This document shows positions 1 to 14,159 of a stretch of 64,000 bases of DNA, one piece after another; position 1 is the stretch's first letter, and each line of letters begins with the position of its first letter. The position numbers and the translations under genes were made by a program. Location: positions 836 to 64,835 of the forward strand of contig JANYAU010000115.1 of NCBI GenBank assembly GCA_025361165.1, given 5' to 3'. The DNA is from Betaproteobacteria bacterium (GTDB taxonomy: Bacteria; Pseudomonadota; Gammaproteobacteria; Burkholderiales; Thiobacteraceae). The notes beneath the pieces are model-generated. The model was given only the letters and a program-made list of their open reading frames with translations, was not told the origin of the DNA and did no database searches.

Positions 1-304
1 AAAGCGAAACAAATCTCAGCAACAAAAAAATTAGCTTCCCAATTTCGTTGCGAATTGATTCACTATTAAGATCATCTTTTGTTAGAAGGCGCTTATTAAC
101 AAGGAACCCATATCGAAATACGCCTGCCATTCCCAAAACAAACGCTCCAATAGCAAACAACCCCCAAAAGAGATTCCACATCGGCTGGAACAATTCAGAA
201 AAAGAGCCTTTCAAGCCATCACTTATAAAAAATAGCGACGAGCCTGCAACAATGGTGAAAGAGACCACATGAGAGAGAAGAGTTTTGGCCTGCCCCGATA
301 GCAT
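1..304 (-). CDS. small hydrophobic membrane protein; only the N-terminal 101 codons are visible and the 3' end runs off the window
   Basis: ATG at 304-302 is preceded by AAGGTG. The minus-strand frame stays open to position 2. Translation MLSGQAKTLLSHVVSFTIVAGSSLFFISDGLKGSFSELFQPMWNLFWGLFAIGAFVLGMAGVFRYGF... has hydrophobic spans. The region is AT-rich. It is absent from the ORF track because there is no stop inside the window. Confidence 0.45.
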   Translation of the reverse strand, partial: MLSGQAKTLLSHVVSFTIVAGSSLFFISDGLKGSFSELFQPMWNLFWGLFAIGAFVLGMAGVFRYGFLVNKRLLTKDDLNSESIRNEIGKLIFLLLRFVSL

Positions 305-317
305 AAGAATCACCTTT

Positions 318-530
318 TTATGGACATGTGCAAGGTTGTTTTGATCCTAAATATGCTCCAGCAACGAATCCGAGACCCGCAGCTACTGGATTGGCAAATT
401 TTCCAGTCACAGCAGCTACAGCAACGCCCGCGTATGCTTTCGCGGCGCCTCCACCGGAAGAAATGGGGTTAGACTCGATTTTTCACCCCGCACCACCATT
501 CGCGGCGCTGTTTATTGGTTTTGTCTTCAT
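318..530 (-). pseudogene. Gly/Ala-rich (glycine-zipper / class II bacteriocin-like) small peptide frame interrupted by an in-frame TGA
   Basis: GGGAGAG lies 3 nt upstream of the ATG (530-528). The frame reads MKTKPINSAANGGAG, then TGA (485-483), then continues in the same frame as KIESNPISSGGGAAKAYAGVAVAAVTGKFANPVAAGLGFVAGAYLGSKQPCTCP to TAA (320-318). There is no canonical start codon after the TGA. Confidence 0.3.
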
Positions 531-830
531 GATCTCTCCCTGTGCTTGCATAGTGCTCTTAGCTTTTTCTCTTTCCATCCATTGTGACGAAAAACCGATG
601 GGCCATTTTTTGGCTTCCGATGGTCTCATCATTTCGCAGCCTAAGCGGCTTTGCGCACGGTGAGCTTTATGCGCATGCCAGCCTTGGCCAGCATGTTCGC
701 CAGCGCAAAACAAAAGGGGGCACTTGTATCTCAACAACGCCAACAAATTTGATTTGCGGCGAGTCACCTTTCCAAAAAAGAAATCAAAGCGGAACAATGA
801 AGCGCGTAACGGCGCAGACAGAACCTGCAT
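483..830 (-). CDS. hypothetical ORF whose first 36 codons are paralogous to the 45-codon ORF at 25257-25394
   Basis: AGGGAGAG RBS and ATG at 830. N-terminus MQVLSAPLRASLFRFDFFFGKVTRRKSNLLALLRYK versus MQVLYALLRALSFCFDFFSGKLARIKSNFASLLKYK in copy B. The part after codon 36 has no counterpart in copy B. Confidence 0.3.
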   Translation of the reverse strand: MQVLSAPLRASLFRFDFFFGKVTRRKSNLLALLRYKCPLLFCAGEHAGQGWHAHKAHRAQSRLGCEMMRPSEAKKWPIGFSSQWMEREKAKSTMQAQGEIMKTKPINSAANGGAG

Positions 831-946
831 AATCTCTCCCTTGGATTTGGCGTGCTGCGCGGCCGGATTTCTTAGCGAATCATTTAGCAGCGCGCACGAT
901 GACATTATTCTTGTCCAATGACAAAAGGATTGTCAAGGGCATGATT
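721..946 (-). repeat. copy A of a ~230-bp module (promoter + conserved 5' leader + small-ORF N-terminus); copy B is at 25275-25515
   Basis: Manual alignment shows long shared blocks, for example GATTGTCAA, GCGCACGATGAC, CCTTGGATTTGGCGTG.TGCGCGGCCGG and AAAGAAATCAAAGC.GAAC. Confidence 0.8.
907..936 (-). promoter_or_regulatory. sigma70-like promoter of module copy A
   Basis: On the minus strand, TTGACA (936-931), an 18-nt spacer, then AAGAAT (912-907). Copy B has the same geometry. Confidence 0.4.
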
Positions 947-1040
947 CAGCGGCAGCGAAATCGCTCGCTCCCGGTTGTTTGAAAAAGAGGGGGGGGGTTA
1001 ACCATGCCGTCCAGTACAAGACGGGTGCACAGATGTCCCT

Positions 1041-2003
1041 CTAAACAATACCCGGGGTATTCATAATATTATTATGGGGTAACAATGCCGCTTGCTGATC
1101 TGCGTGGTATGAAGAACGTACCATCGGTCCGCATGCGGCATTAAGAAAACCTATTTCTTTTGCCGCCGCTTCCAGCACCTTAAATTCATCCGGCGTGACA
1201 AAACGCTTCACCGGCAAATGATGCTGGCTCGGTTGCAGGTATTGACCGACAGTGAGCATTTCCACAGCGTGCGCGCGCAAGTCGCGCATCACGCCGAGGA
1301 TTTCTTCGTCGGTTTCACCCAAGCCCACCATCAAGCCGGACTTGGTTGGCACTCCCGGATGCTTGGCTTTAAACGCTTTTAATAACTGCAAGGAATTGCT
1401 GTAGTCGGCACCCGGGCGCGCGGCTTTGTACAAGCGCGGCACGGTTTCGAGATTGTGATTCATCACGTCCGGCGGCGCCATGCTGAGGATCTCCAGCGCC
1501 ACATCCAAGCGCCCGCGAAAATCCGGCACTAAAATTTCGATGCGCGTCGCGGGCGAGTGGGCGCGCACAGCACGTATGCAATCGACAAAATGTTGCGCGC
1601 CGCCATCGCGCAGATCGTCGCGATCGACGCTGGTGATCACGACATATTTCAACTGCATCGCGGCGATGGTGATGGCTAGGTTTTCCGGTTCGCTCACGTC
1701 CGGCGCGTGCGGCTTGCCGTGGGCCACGTCGCAGAACGGGCAGCGCCGCGTGCACACATCGCCCAAAATCATGAAGGTCGCAGTGCCGTGGGAGAAACAT
1801 TCGCCGATATTGGGGCAAGAGGCTTCCTCGCACACCGTGTGCAATTGATGTTCGCGCAGAATTTTTTTGATCTCGAAAAAGCGCGGGCTATTCGGCGATT
1901 TCGCGCGGATCCAACTCGGCTTGCGCGCCGGCGCTTCAGGCACGATCTTGATCGGGATGCGGGCGGTTTTCAGTTGACCTTTTTGGCGCGACTCGGTGCT
2001 CAT
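1041..2003 (-). CDS. lipA: lipoyl synthase
   Basis: 320 aa with the radical-SAM CxxxCxxC motif ([10 protein letters not shown]) plus the N-terminal [12 protein letters not shown] cluster motif. Confidence 0.96.
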   Translation of the reverse strand: MSTESRQKGQLKTARIPIKIVPEAPARKPSWIRAKSPNSPRFFEIKKILREHQLHTVCEEASCPNIGECFSHGTATFMILGDVCTRRCPFCDVAHGKPHAPDVSEPENLAITIAAMQLKYVVITSVDRDDLRDGGAQHFVDCIRAVRAHSPATRIEILVPDFRGRLDVALEILSMAPPDVMNHNLETVPRLYKAARPGADYSNSLQLLKAFKAKHPGVPTKSGLMVGLGETDEEILGVMRDLRAHAVEMLTVGQYLQPSQHHLPVKRFVTPDEFKVLEAAAKEIGFLNAACGPMVRSSYHADQQAALLPHNNIMNTPGIV

Positions 2004-2132
2004 AGTGTGCTTTCATTCACATTAACCAACCTTATTTCACGATAAGGGTAGTTAATTAGTTCATTCGTTGCCGTAAGGCGCGCTTACCGGTTAAAATTGC
2101 AGACTTTTCACCGGAATTTTAGGGCTTTAGCA

Positions 2133-7992
<5,860 letters not shown>

Positions 7993-8000
7993 TTTTTTTT

Positions 8001-8070
8001 CACCACGGAGTACACGGAGGTCACGGAGAAGTTTTTTCTCAAGCCTCCGTGTACTCCGTGTACCCCGTGG
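8001..8070. repeat. REP-like long hairpin built from tandem 9-mers (ACACGGAGN units)
   Basis: CCACGGAGTACACGGAGGTCACGGAG (8003-8028) pairs with CTCCGTGTACTCCGTGTACCCCGTGG (8045-8070). It fills the gltD-hemE spacer. Confidence 0.7.
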
Positions 8071-8077
8071 TTCATAA

Positions 8078-9136
8078 ATGAAACTTAAAAACGATACCTT
8101 TCTCCGCGCCTTGCTCAAGCAGCCGGTGCCCTACACGCCGATCTGGATCATGCGCCAAGCCGGGCGCTATCTGCCGGAGTACAACCAAACCCGCGCCCGC
8201 GCCGGCAACTTTCTCAATCTGTGCAAGAACCCGGATTACGCCACGGAAGTGACGCTGCAACCGATCGCGCGTTTTGGTTTAGATGCGGCAATTTTGTTCT
8301 CCGACATTCTCACTATTCCCGATGCGATGGGCTTAGGGCTGTATTTCGCCGACGGCGAAGGCCCCAAATTCGAGCGCCCCTTGCGCGAAGAATGGGCGAT
8401 CCGCGATTTAACCGCGCCCGATCCGGAAGAGCACCTGGGTTATGTGTTGGATGCGGTGCGCCAAATCCGCAAGGCGTTGGACAACACTGTGCCGCTGATC
8501 GGCTTCTCCGGCAGCCCATTCACGCTGGCCTGCTACATGATCGAAGGCGGCGGCTCAGATGATTTTCGCACCACCAAAACCATGCTCTACCAGCGCCCGG
8601 AACTGCTGCACCACATTCTGCAAGTGAATGCGAAAGCCGTTACCGATTACCTCAACGCGCAAATTTTAGCCGGCGCGCAAGCCGTTCAGATATTCGATAC
8701 CTGGGGCGGCATGCTATCCAGCCGTGCCTACGAAGAATTCTCGCTCGCCTATTTGCGCCAAGTGGTGCAAGGTTTGATCCGTGAACACGATGGCGCGCGC
8801 ATCCCCTCTATCGTATTCACCAAAGGCGGTGGCGTGTGGCTGGAAAAAATTGCCGCCATCGGTTGCGATGCAGTGGGCTTGGATTGGATGTGCAGCATCG
8901 GCCAAGCGCGCGGTCGCGTCGGTGGCCATGTCGCTTTGCAGGGCAATATGGATCCGATGGTGCTGTTTTCCGATCCGCAAACTATCCGCGGCGAAGTGGG
9001 TAAAATTCTCGACAGCTACGGCCAAGGTTCCGGCCATGTTTTTAATCTTGGCCATGGCATTTCGCAATTCACGCCGCCAGAAAATGTCGGCGTGCTGGTG
9101 GATGCGGTGCATGAGTTGTCACGCGGGTTTCACTAA
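8078..9136 (+). CDS. hemE: uroporphyrinogen decarboxylase
   Basis: 352 aa with a typical HemE N-terminus ([15 protein letters not shown]). Confidence 0.96.
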   Translation: MKLKNDTFLRALLKQPVPYTPIWIMRQAGRYLPEYNQTRARAGNFLNLCKNPDYATEVTLQPIARFGLDAAILFSDILTIPDAMGLGLYFADGEGPKFERPLREEWAIRDLTAPDPEEHLGYVLDAVRQIRKALDNTVPLIGFSGSPFTLACYMIEGGGSDDFRTTKTMLYQRPELLHHILQVNAKAVTDYLNAQILAGAQAVQIFDTWGGMLSSRAYEEFSLAYLRQVVQGLIREHDGARIPSIVFTKGGGVWLEKIAAIGCDAVGLDWMCSIGQARGRVGGHVALQGNMDPMVLFSDPQTIRGEVGKILDSYGQGSGHVFNLGHGISQFTPPENVGVLVDAVHELSRGFH

Positions 9137-9143
9137 GCGGACG

Positions 9144-9596
9144 TTATTGCATCGTGGTCGTCGCGATGAATAGTAGTTCATTCGAGCGACGCACGAATTC
9201 ATCTGCCTTTTGATCGTCGATTAGCAGCTTGATGAGCTTTTTGCACTGTTCTGCGGTGTGCGCCAAATCCTGGGGATTGTCATTTGTTTCCTGAATTTTC
9301 TTTACCACCCGCGCACCTTGCTTGCCGAGCAAATTTTGTGCGAGCAATATCATTTTCCCTTTTGGATCTTGCAACTGCACGCCTGCGCGTTGTACCTCTT
9401 CCGTAGTGCGGATGTAGCCGCCGCGCGCCAGCTCTTCCAGCGTCGCGGGAATGTTTGGCAGCCTGGCGCCTTTATCTAAAATGCGGCTTACCGGGGACTT
9501 ACCGTCTACGAGAATCAGCACAAAACGCAGCCCATGCACGAGGCCGTGGGCGCGCTTGGAAAAAGCGCGCGGTTGACTTTTCACTTTAATAATCAA
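9144..9596 (-). CDS. hypothetical protein
   Basis: 150-codon ORF with a TTG start and no ATG until codon 82. I do not recognise a family. It is convergent with hemE and flanked by an AT-rich region. Confidence 0.45.
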   Translation of the reverse strand: MIIKVKSQPRAFSKRAHGLVHGLRFVLILVDGKSPVSRILDKGARLPNIPATLEELARGGYIRTTEEVQRAGVQLQDPKGKMILLAQNLLGKQGARVVKKIQETNDNPQDLAHTAEQCKKLIKLLIDDQKADEFVRRSNELLFIATTTMQ

Positions 9597-10054
9597 TAGT
9601 ATGTCGCCATATTGTTGCTTGCAAGGGCTTGGTGATTAAGATGCAGCGAAAAGTATGCTAGTTTTAACGGGCTGCTGAAATTGGTATTTTTATACCTAGT
9701 TTGAGAGTTTTGAGAACGCGGGTTTTGAATTTTTGATGCCCCGCAATCCAGAGCGGGCTAGGTTTTCGCAATCATCCTCAGCGAATTGCGCTTTATCGGG
9801 CCTTGCCAAGCCCACTTATGCACAAAATTGATTTGCTGTATAGATACATAATAAAATCAAATGGATCGCTTCTATTAATTTTTATCTATATGATTAATAA
9901 TAACTATATTAAATTTCCCGCGCACTATTGAGCGCTCATATCTTGACATTTAAAATGATTTGCGCCTTCCCTAAAAACAATATGCACAAAGTTACCCACA
10001 GCACTGGAACTGCATGAAAATCGGCCGTTTTAGCCGCCCCGGCCTGATGCCCCT
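9597..10054. other. AT-rich intergenic region with DnaA-box-like 9-mers
   Basis: TTATGCACA at 9816-9824 fits TTATNCACA. ATATGCACA at 9980-9988 and TTACCCACA at 9992-10000 each have one mismatch. The core at 9840-9915 is very AT-rich. Confidence 0.35.
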
Positions 10055-12250
10055 GTGAAAATCGCCCAAATCGCCATTGATGTTCCGCTCAACACCTATT
10101 TTGACTATATCGCGGACGATGTAAGCGTAGAAGATATCGGCCGGCGCGCGCTGCTGCCTTTCGGCCGACGGCTTGTGGTCGGTGTGATCGTAGGGGTGGC
10201 GAGCGAAGTTGCAGACCCGAAATTTAAGCTGAAGTCGGTGCGGGAAATTTTGCGCGACGCGCCGCCTCTGCCGCCGCACATTCTCGATCTCGCGCGTTTT
10301 TGTAGTACCTACTATCACCACCCCTTGGGCCAAGTGCTTGCGGCTCTCCTGCCGCAGCGCTTACGCCGCACGCAAGCCTTGAGTCCGATAACGGAGGCTT
10401 GCTACAACGTGACGGAAGCAGGACTCGCTATTGTGGTCGGCGACTTGCCGCAGCGCGCGGCGGTAAAACGCAAACTGCTGGCGGCATTGCAAACAAAGCG
10501 CACGCTTGCGCGCCGCGAGCTGTTGCAGATTTCAGGCAGCGCGGGCAGTGTGATACGTGAATTTATCGCTGGCGGCTGGGTACGCGAATCAGCCATGCCG
10601 CTCACCGTCACGCGCAACGCCGCTGCACTCCCGGCGCAAGCAGCAGCGCATGCGCTCAATGCTGATCAACAAACCGCGGTAGAGGCGATTCTTGGCACGC
10701 CGCCCGGATTCGCGCCTTGGCTGCTGCATGGCGTCACCGGCAGCGGCAAGACCGAGGTTTATTTGCGTGCTATCGCCGCGGTGCTGGCACGTGGCGGACA
10801 AACGCTGGTACTGGTACCGGAGATAAATCTCACGCCACAATTGGAAGCGCGCTTTCAAGCGCGTTTTCCGCAAGCGACGATAGTCAGTTTGCACAGCAAC
10901 CTGAGTGAAGGGGAGCGGCTCAAGCATTGGTTGATGGCCCAAGCCGGGAACGCACACATCGTACTCGGCACGCGCTTAGCGGTGTTCACGCCGCTGCCGC
11001 TGCTGCAACTCATCGTGGTCGATGAAGAACACGACAGCTCATTCAAGCAACAAGACGGCATGCGTTACTCGGCGCGTGATGTGGCTGTGTTTCGTGCCCG
11101 GGAAGCGCGTATTCCGGTTATTCTCGGCTCGGCCACGCCGGCACTGGAGACTTACCACAATGCGCTGCACGGGCGCTACAAACTGCTTGAGTTGAAAGCG
11201 CGTGCAGTACGCGACGCAGCGCCGCCCACGGTGCGCTACATCGATCTCAAACGCGAGAAGCTGATGGAAGGGTTCAGCGCACCACTCATCACCGCCATCA
11301 AGCAACGTGTGAAGCGTGGCGAACAAAGCCTGCTGTTCATCAACCGCCGTGGCTTTGCGCCGGTGCTCCTATGCGACGAATGCGGCTGGCTCTCGGGCTG
11401 CCCCCGTTGCACTAGTCGCCTAGTGGTGCATTTGAAAGAACAGCGCTTGCGCTGCCATCACTGCGGGCACGAAGAGCGCATGCCGCATCATTGCCCCAGT
11501 TGCGGCAATGTCGATCTCGCTCCGGTGGGGCAGGGTACCCAGCGCCTGGAAGCAGCGTTGACGCGGCTCTTCCCCGAGGCGCGCATTTTGCGCGTGGATC
11601 GCGATAGCACACGGCGCAAAAACGCGCTGGCGGAAATGCTGGAGAAGGTGCATGCCGAGGAAATCGATATTCTGGTTGGCACGCAAATGCTGGCCAAGGG
11701 ACACGACTTTCCTAAGCTGACTTTGGTTGGCGTGCTGAATGCCGATGGCGGGCTGTATAGCGCGGACTTTCGCGCTACCGAACATTTGTTCGCGCAATTA
11801 TTGCAAGTGGCCGGGCGCGCCGGGCGCGCCGCACTCAACGGCGAAGTGCTGGTGCAAACCGCGTTTCCGCAACATCCTTTATTCGCCGCTTTGCAGCACG
11901 GTGATTATGCGCAGTTCGCCCAAACCGCCCTAGCCGAACGCGAGCAAGCGGGGCTGCCGCCATTCACGTTTCAAGCGATGCTGCGCGCGGAAGCGGCAAC
12001 GCTGGACAGCGCAATGAAATTTCTGCGCGCCGCAGTAACACTCGCGCCCGCCGCCACACAAGTCCAAGTGTATGACCCGGTGCCGGCACTGATGGCGCGG
12101 CTGGCGGGGAAAGAGCGCGCGCAATTGCTGATCGAATCGCGCTCGCGCGGCGCCCTACAGCAGTTCTTGAGCGCTTGGATAATCGCCTTGCAAGCCCACA
12201 AGACGCGCAATGTGCGTTGGGCGCTGGATGTGGATCCGATTGATACGTGA
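10055..12250 (+). CDS. priA: primosomal replication protein N' (helicase PriA)
   Basis: 731 aa. Walker A GVTGSGKT, DEEH box and a Cys-rich zinc region (CDECGW...CPRC...CHHCG...CPSCG). GTG start. Confidence 0.95.
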   Translation: MKIAQIAIDVPLNTYFDYIADDVSVEDIGRRALLPFGRRLVVGVIVGVASEVADPKFKLKSVREILRDAPPLPPHILDLARFCSTYYHHPLGQVLAALLPQRLRRTQALSPITEACYNVTEAGLAIVVGDLPQRAAVKRKLLAALQTKRTLARRELLQISGSAGSVIREFIAGGWVRESAMPLTVTRNAAALPAQAAAHALNADQQTAVEAILGTPPGFAPWLLHGVTGSGKTEVYLRAIAAVLARGGQTLVLVPEINLTPQLEARFQARFPQATIVSLHSNLSEGERLKHWLMAQAGNAHIVLGTRLAVFTPLPLLQLIVVDEEHDSSFKQQDGMRYSARDVAVFRAREARIPVILGSATPALETYHNALHGRYKLLELKARAVRDAAPPTVRYIDLKREKLMEGFSAPLITAIKQRVKRGEQSLLFINRRGFAPVLLCDECGWLSGCPRCTSRLVVHLKEQRLRCHHCGHEERMPHHCPSCGNVDLAPVGQGTQRLEAALTRLFPEARILRVDRDSTRRKNALAEMLEKVHAEEIDILVGTQMLAKGHDFPKLTLVGVLNADGGLYSADFRATEHLFAQLLQVAGRAGRAALNGEVLVQTAFPQHPLFAALQHGDYAQFAQTALAEREQAGLPPFTFQAMLRAEAATLDSAMKFLRAAVTLAPAATQVQVYDPVPALMARLAGKERAQLLIESRSRGALQQFLSAWIIALQAHKTRNVRWALDVDPIDT

Positions 12251-12264
12251 ATTTGAACTGGATT

Positions 12265-12292
12265 GGAATAAGGCGGCCTGCCGCTACGTCTT
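12265..12292 (+). promoter_or_regulatory. candidate ECF-type promoter (GGAAT-N17-CGTC)
   Basis: GGAATA at 12265-12270 and CGTCTT at 12287-12292, about 45-70 nt upstream of the ECF sigma gene. ECF sigma genes are commonly autoregulated. Confidence 0.4.
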
Positions 12293-12336
12293 AAGCTAAA
12301 GCATGTTGTTTAAGGGACCCTATTTTTTCTACCTTC

Positions 12337-12873
12337 TTGCATGTCCGAGAATTAAAAGCGCGCATGGCGCAGAGCCGAAGCCGGCTCTACCGCGTGGCTT
12401 ATTCCTGGTGCCACGATCCCTGCCTCGCCGACGATTTGGTGCAGGAGACGCTATTGAAAGGGCTCAAACACGCGCATCAAATTAAAGACGGCGGGGCGCT
12501 CGATAGCTGGCTGTTCAGTATCTTGGCGAATTGTCTGCGCGATCACTTCCGGCGCCAGCATCCCACAGCCGATGTTGAGGAAATCATGGAGCTTGCCGCG
12601 CCCGATGCCTCTCCCGAAGAACGCCACACAGAAAATGAGTTGGTGGGCCGGGTGCGGCGCGCGGTAGCCACGCTACCACTCGGCCAGCGCCAAGTGATCA
12701 CCTTGGTGGATTTGGAAGAGCAGTCCTATAGCCAAACCGCAACCGCGCTCGGCATCCCGGTGGGTACGGTGATGAGCCGCCTGTGTCGCGCGCGCCAGGC
12801 CTTGCGTGCGCGCTTGCATGAAACGCCGTCCTCCTTGCATGTGCTCACCCCCAAGATACGGAGCGTGGAATGA
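12337..12873 (+). CDS. ECF (sigma-70 family group 4) RNA polymerase sigma factor
   Basis: Region 2 (DDLVQETLLK...WLFSILAN) and region 4 HTH (YSQTATALGIPVGTVMSRLCRAR) are present. The track start is TTG 12337; ATG 12364 is an alternative. Confidence 0.9.
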   Translation: MHVRELKARMAQSRSRLYRVAYSWCHDPCLADDLVQETLLKGLKHAHQIKDGGALDSWLFSILANCLRDHFRRQHPTADVEEIMELAAPDASPEERHTENELVGRVRRAVATLPLGQRQVITLVDLEEQSYSQTATALGIPVGTVMSRLCRARQALRARLHETPSSLHVLTPKIRSVE

Positions 12874-13514
12874 GCGACCCCAATCTTTCCGAAGAAGAAT
12901 TGAACGCGTTTGTGGACGATCAGTTGAATCCCGCCGATCGCAGCCGGGTGCTTGACGCGATCAATCGCGATGCGGCACTGCAACGGCGTGTCGCCGAATA
13001 TCAGCAAATCCAAAATCTGGTGCGGCACGCTTATCAGCGTCCGCCCGAACCGTTGCGCGCCACCGATGCCACACCCGCCAAAGCCAGGGTGATGCTGGCT
13101 GCCGGTTTGCTGCTGGGCCTGGGTCTCGGCGCGGGCTGGCTGCTGCATGGATTCAAGGACAGTAGCGTGACGCCTTCGGGCGTGGTGATTCAAGTGAGCG
13201 AGAACGATCCGGCCAAGTGGGAGATGGCGCTCATCAATGCGCGCAATGTGCGTAAGGCCTACGGCGACAAAAAAATGGGCATCGAAATCGTCGCCTATGG
13301 ACCGGGGCTCAACATGTTTCGCGCCGACTCACCGGCCGCCAGCGGCATGAACGAAGCTGCGCAGCAAGGGGTAAAACTGCTGGCCTGCGGTAACACCATG
13401 AGCCTGATGCACACCACGCAACAGGAGCTAAATCCCCGGGTTGGCGTGGTGCCGGCCGGCATTGTCGAGATCATGCAGAAACAAAAGGAGGGTTACGCCT
13501 ACGTGCGGCCTTAA
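12870..13514 (+). CDS. anti-sigma factor (N-terminal domain + one TM) fused to a DsrE/DsrF-like (COG1416-type) domain
   Basis: ATGA overlap with the sigma gene. The N-terminus EEELNAFVDDQLNPADR is typical of anti-sigma N-domains. TM segment ARVMLAAGLLLGLGLGAGWLL. The C-terminal domain carries LACGNTM and a terminal EGYAYVRP, as in COG1416 proteins. Confidence 0.7.
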   Translation: MSDPNLSEEELNAFVDDQLNPADRSRVLDAINRDAALQRRVAEYQQIQNLVRHAYQRPPEPLRATDATPAKARVMLAAGLLLGLGLGAGWLLHGFKDSSVTPSGVVIQVSENDPAKWEMALINARNVRKAYGDKKMGIEIVAYGPGLNMFRADSPAASGMNEAAQQGVKLLACGNTMSLMHTTQQELNPRVGVVPAGIVEIMQKQKEGYAYVRP

Positions 13515-14131
13515 TGTGGCGTGAGATAGCCGCGCCAGTTTTTCTCTATGCCGTCGAAGCACGCTTTATAGTCCGCGGATGCAGTCGTAGTGGGATCGAT
13601 ATCTGCACCATCCAGCGCGATGTGTATTTTGCGGCCTTGCAACATGCCGTCGCAGGCTTCGTAGCCAACCTCGCCGTAAATATCGTATTGACGAAAGCTG
13701 TGCAGATCGCCATGGTAGTGGTGCAAGTTAATGAAGGTGCGATCCGGATTTTGTGGCGCCCAAGGCATCGCGATGGAACCGTAGTCGCGCACAATTCTGC
13801 CCGCCGCATCGTAAATATTTACCTCGCTAATGTGAATCGCATCCGGTACCCGCGCATCGCGCCGCACGCGGCCGAGTGGCCGTCCGGTTTGGGCATCGAA
13901 ATAGCGCGTTTCATCGTAACGGTAGCGTCCGGCCGCCGACCCAATATAAGCGCCTTCGGTCTCTTCGGTACGGGTGGGCCGCTGGCTCACCACCTGTTGC
14001 AGCAGCGCGTACACGGCGCGATGGAATTCCGCACCGGATGGCGTCGCGGCGAAACTGGTGGCGGGCACACTAGCGAGGCACAGGGCCCAAGCTAAAGCGA
14101 TTTGCCGCCAGGTAATTTTTCGCGGATACAT
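13511..14131 (-). CDS. secreted hypothetical protein
   Basis: ATG 14131 follows GGGGAGAA. Signal peptide MYPRKITWRQIALAWALCLASVPATSFA. The longer track ORF (to 14338) overlaps the upstream TPR gene. Confidence 0.6.
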   Translation of the reverse strand: MYPRKITWRQIALAWALCLASVPATSFAATPSGAEFHRAVYALLQQVVSQRPTRTEETEGAYIGSAAGRYRYDETRYFDAQTGRPLGRVRRDARVPDAIHISEVNIYDAAGRIVRDYGSIAMPWAPQNPDRTFINLHHYHGDLHSFRQYDIYGEVGYEACDGMLQGRKIHIALDGADIDPTTTASADYKACFDGIEKNWRGYLTPH

Positions 14132-14159
14132 TTTCTCCCCTTCATTTTGAATTAGCCCG

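Noticed and set aside
483-485. In-frame TGA considered as a selenocysteine codon
   Set aside because: The only nearby hairpin downstream (CUUCC-GGU-GGAGG, about 20 nt after the UGA) is short with a 3-nt loop and does not resemble a bacterial SECIS. No sel genes are visible. Nonsense mutation or read-through remain the simpler options.
947-1040. Search for an intact Tn7-like right end between module copy A and the lipA stop
   Set aside because: There is no AAAATAAAGTTGG core or convincing TGT terminus, only weak similarity to the interior of the glmS-proximal end. It is reported only as a possible decayed relative.
2097-2132. TTG-initiated 12-codon N-terminal extension of gltB in the ORF track
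   Set aside because: ATG 2133 gives a propeptide of normal length before the catalytic Cys (…ERDSCGFGL). I see no support for the extension.
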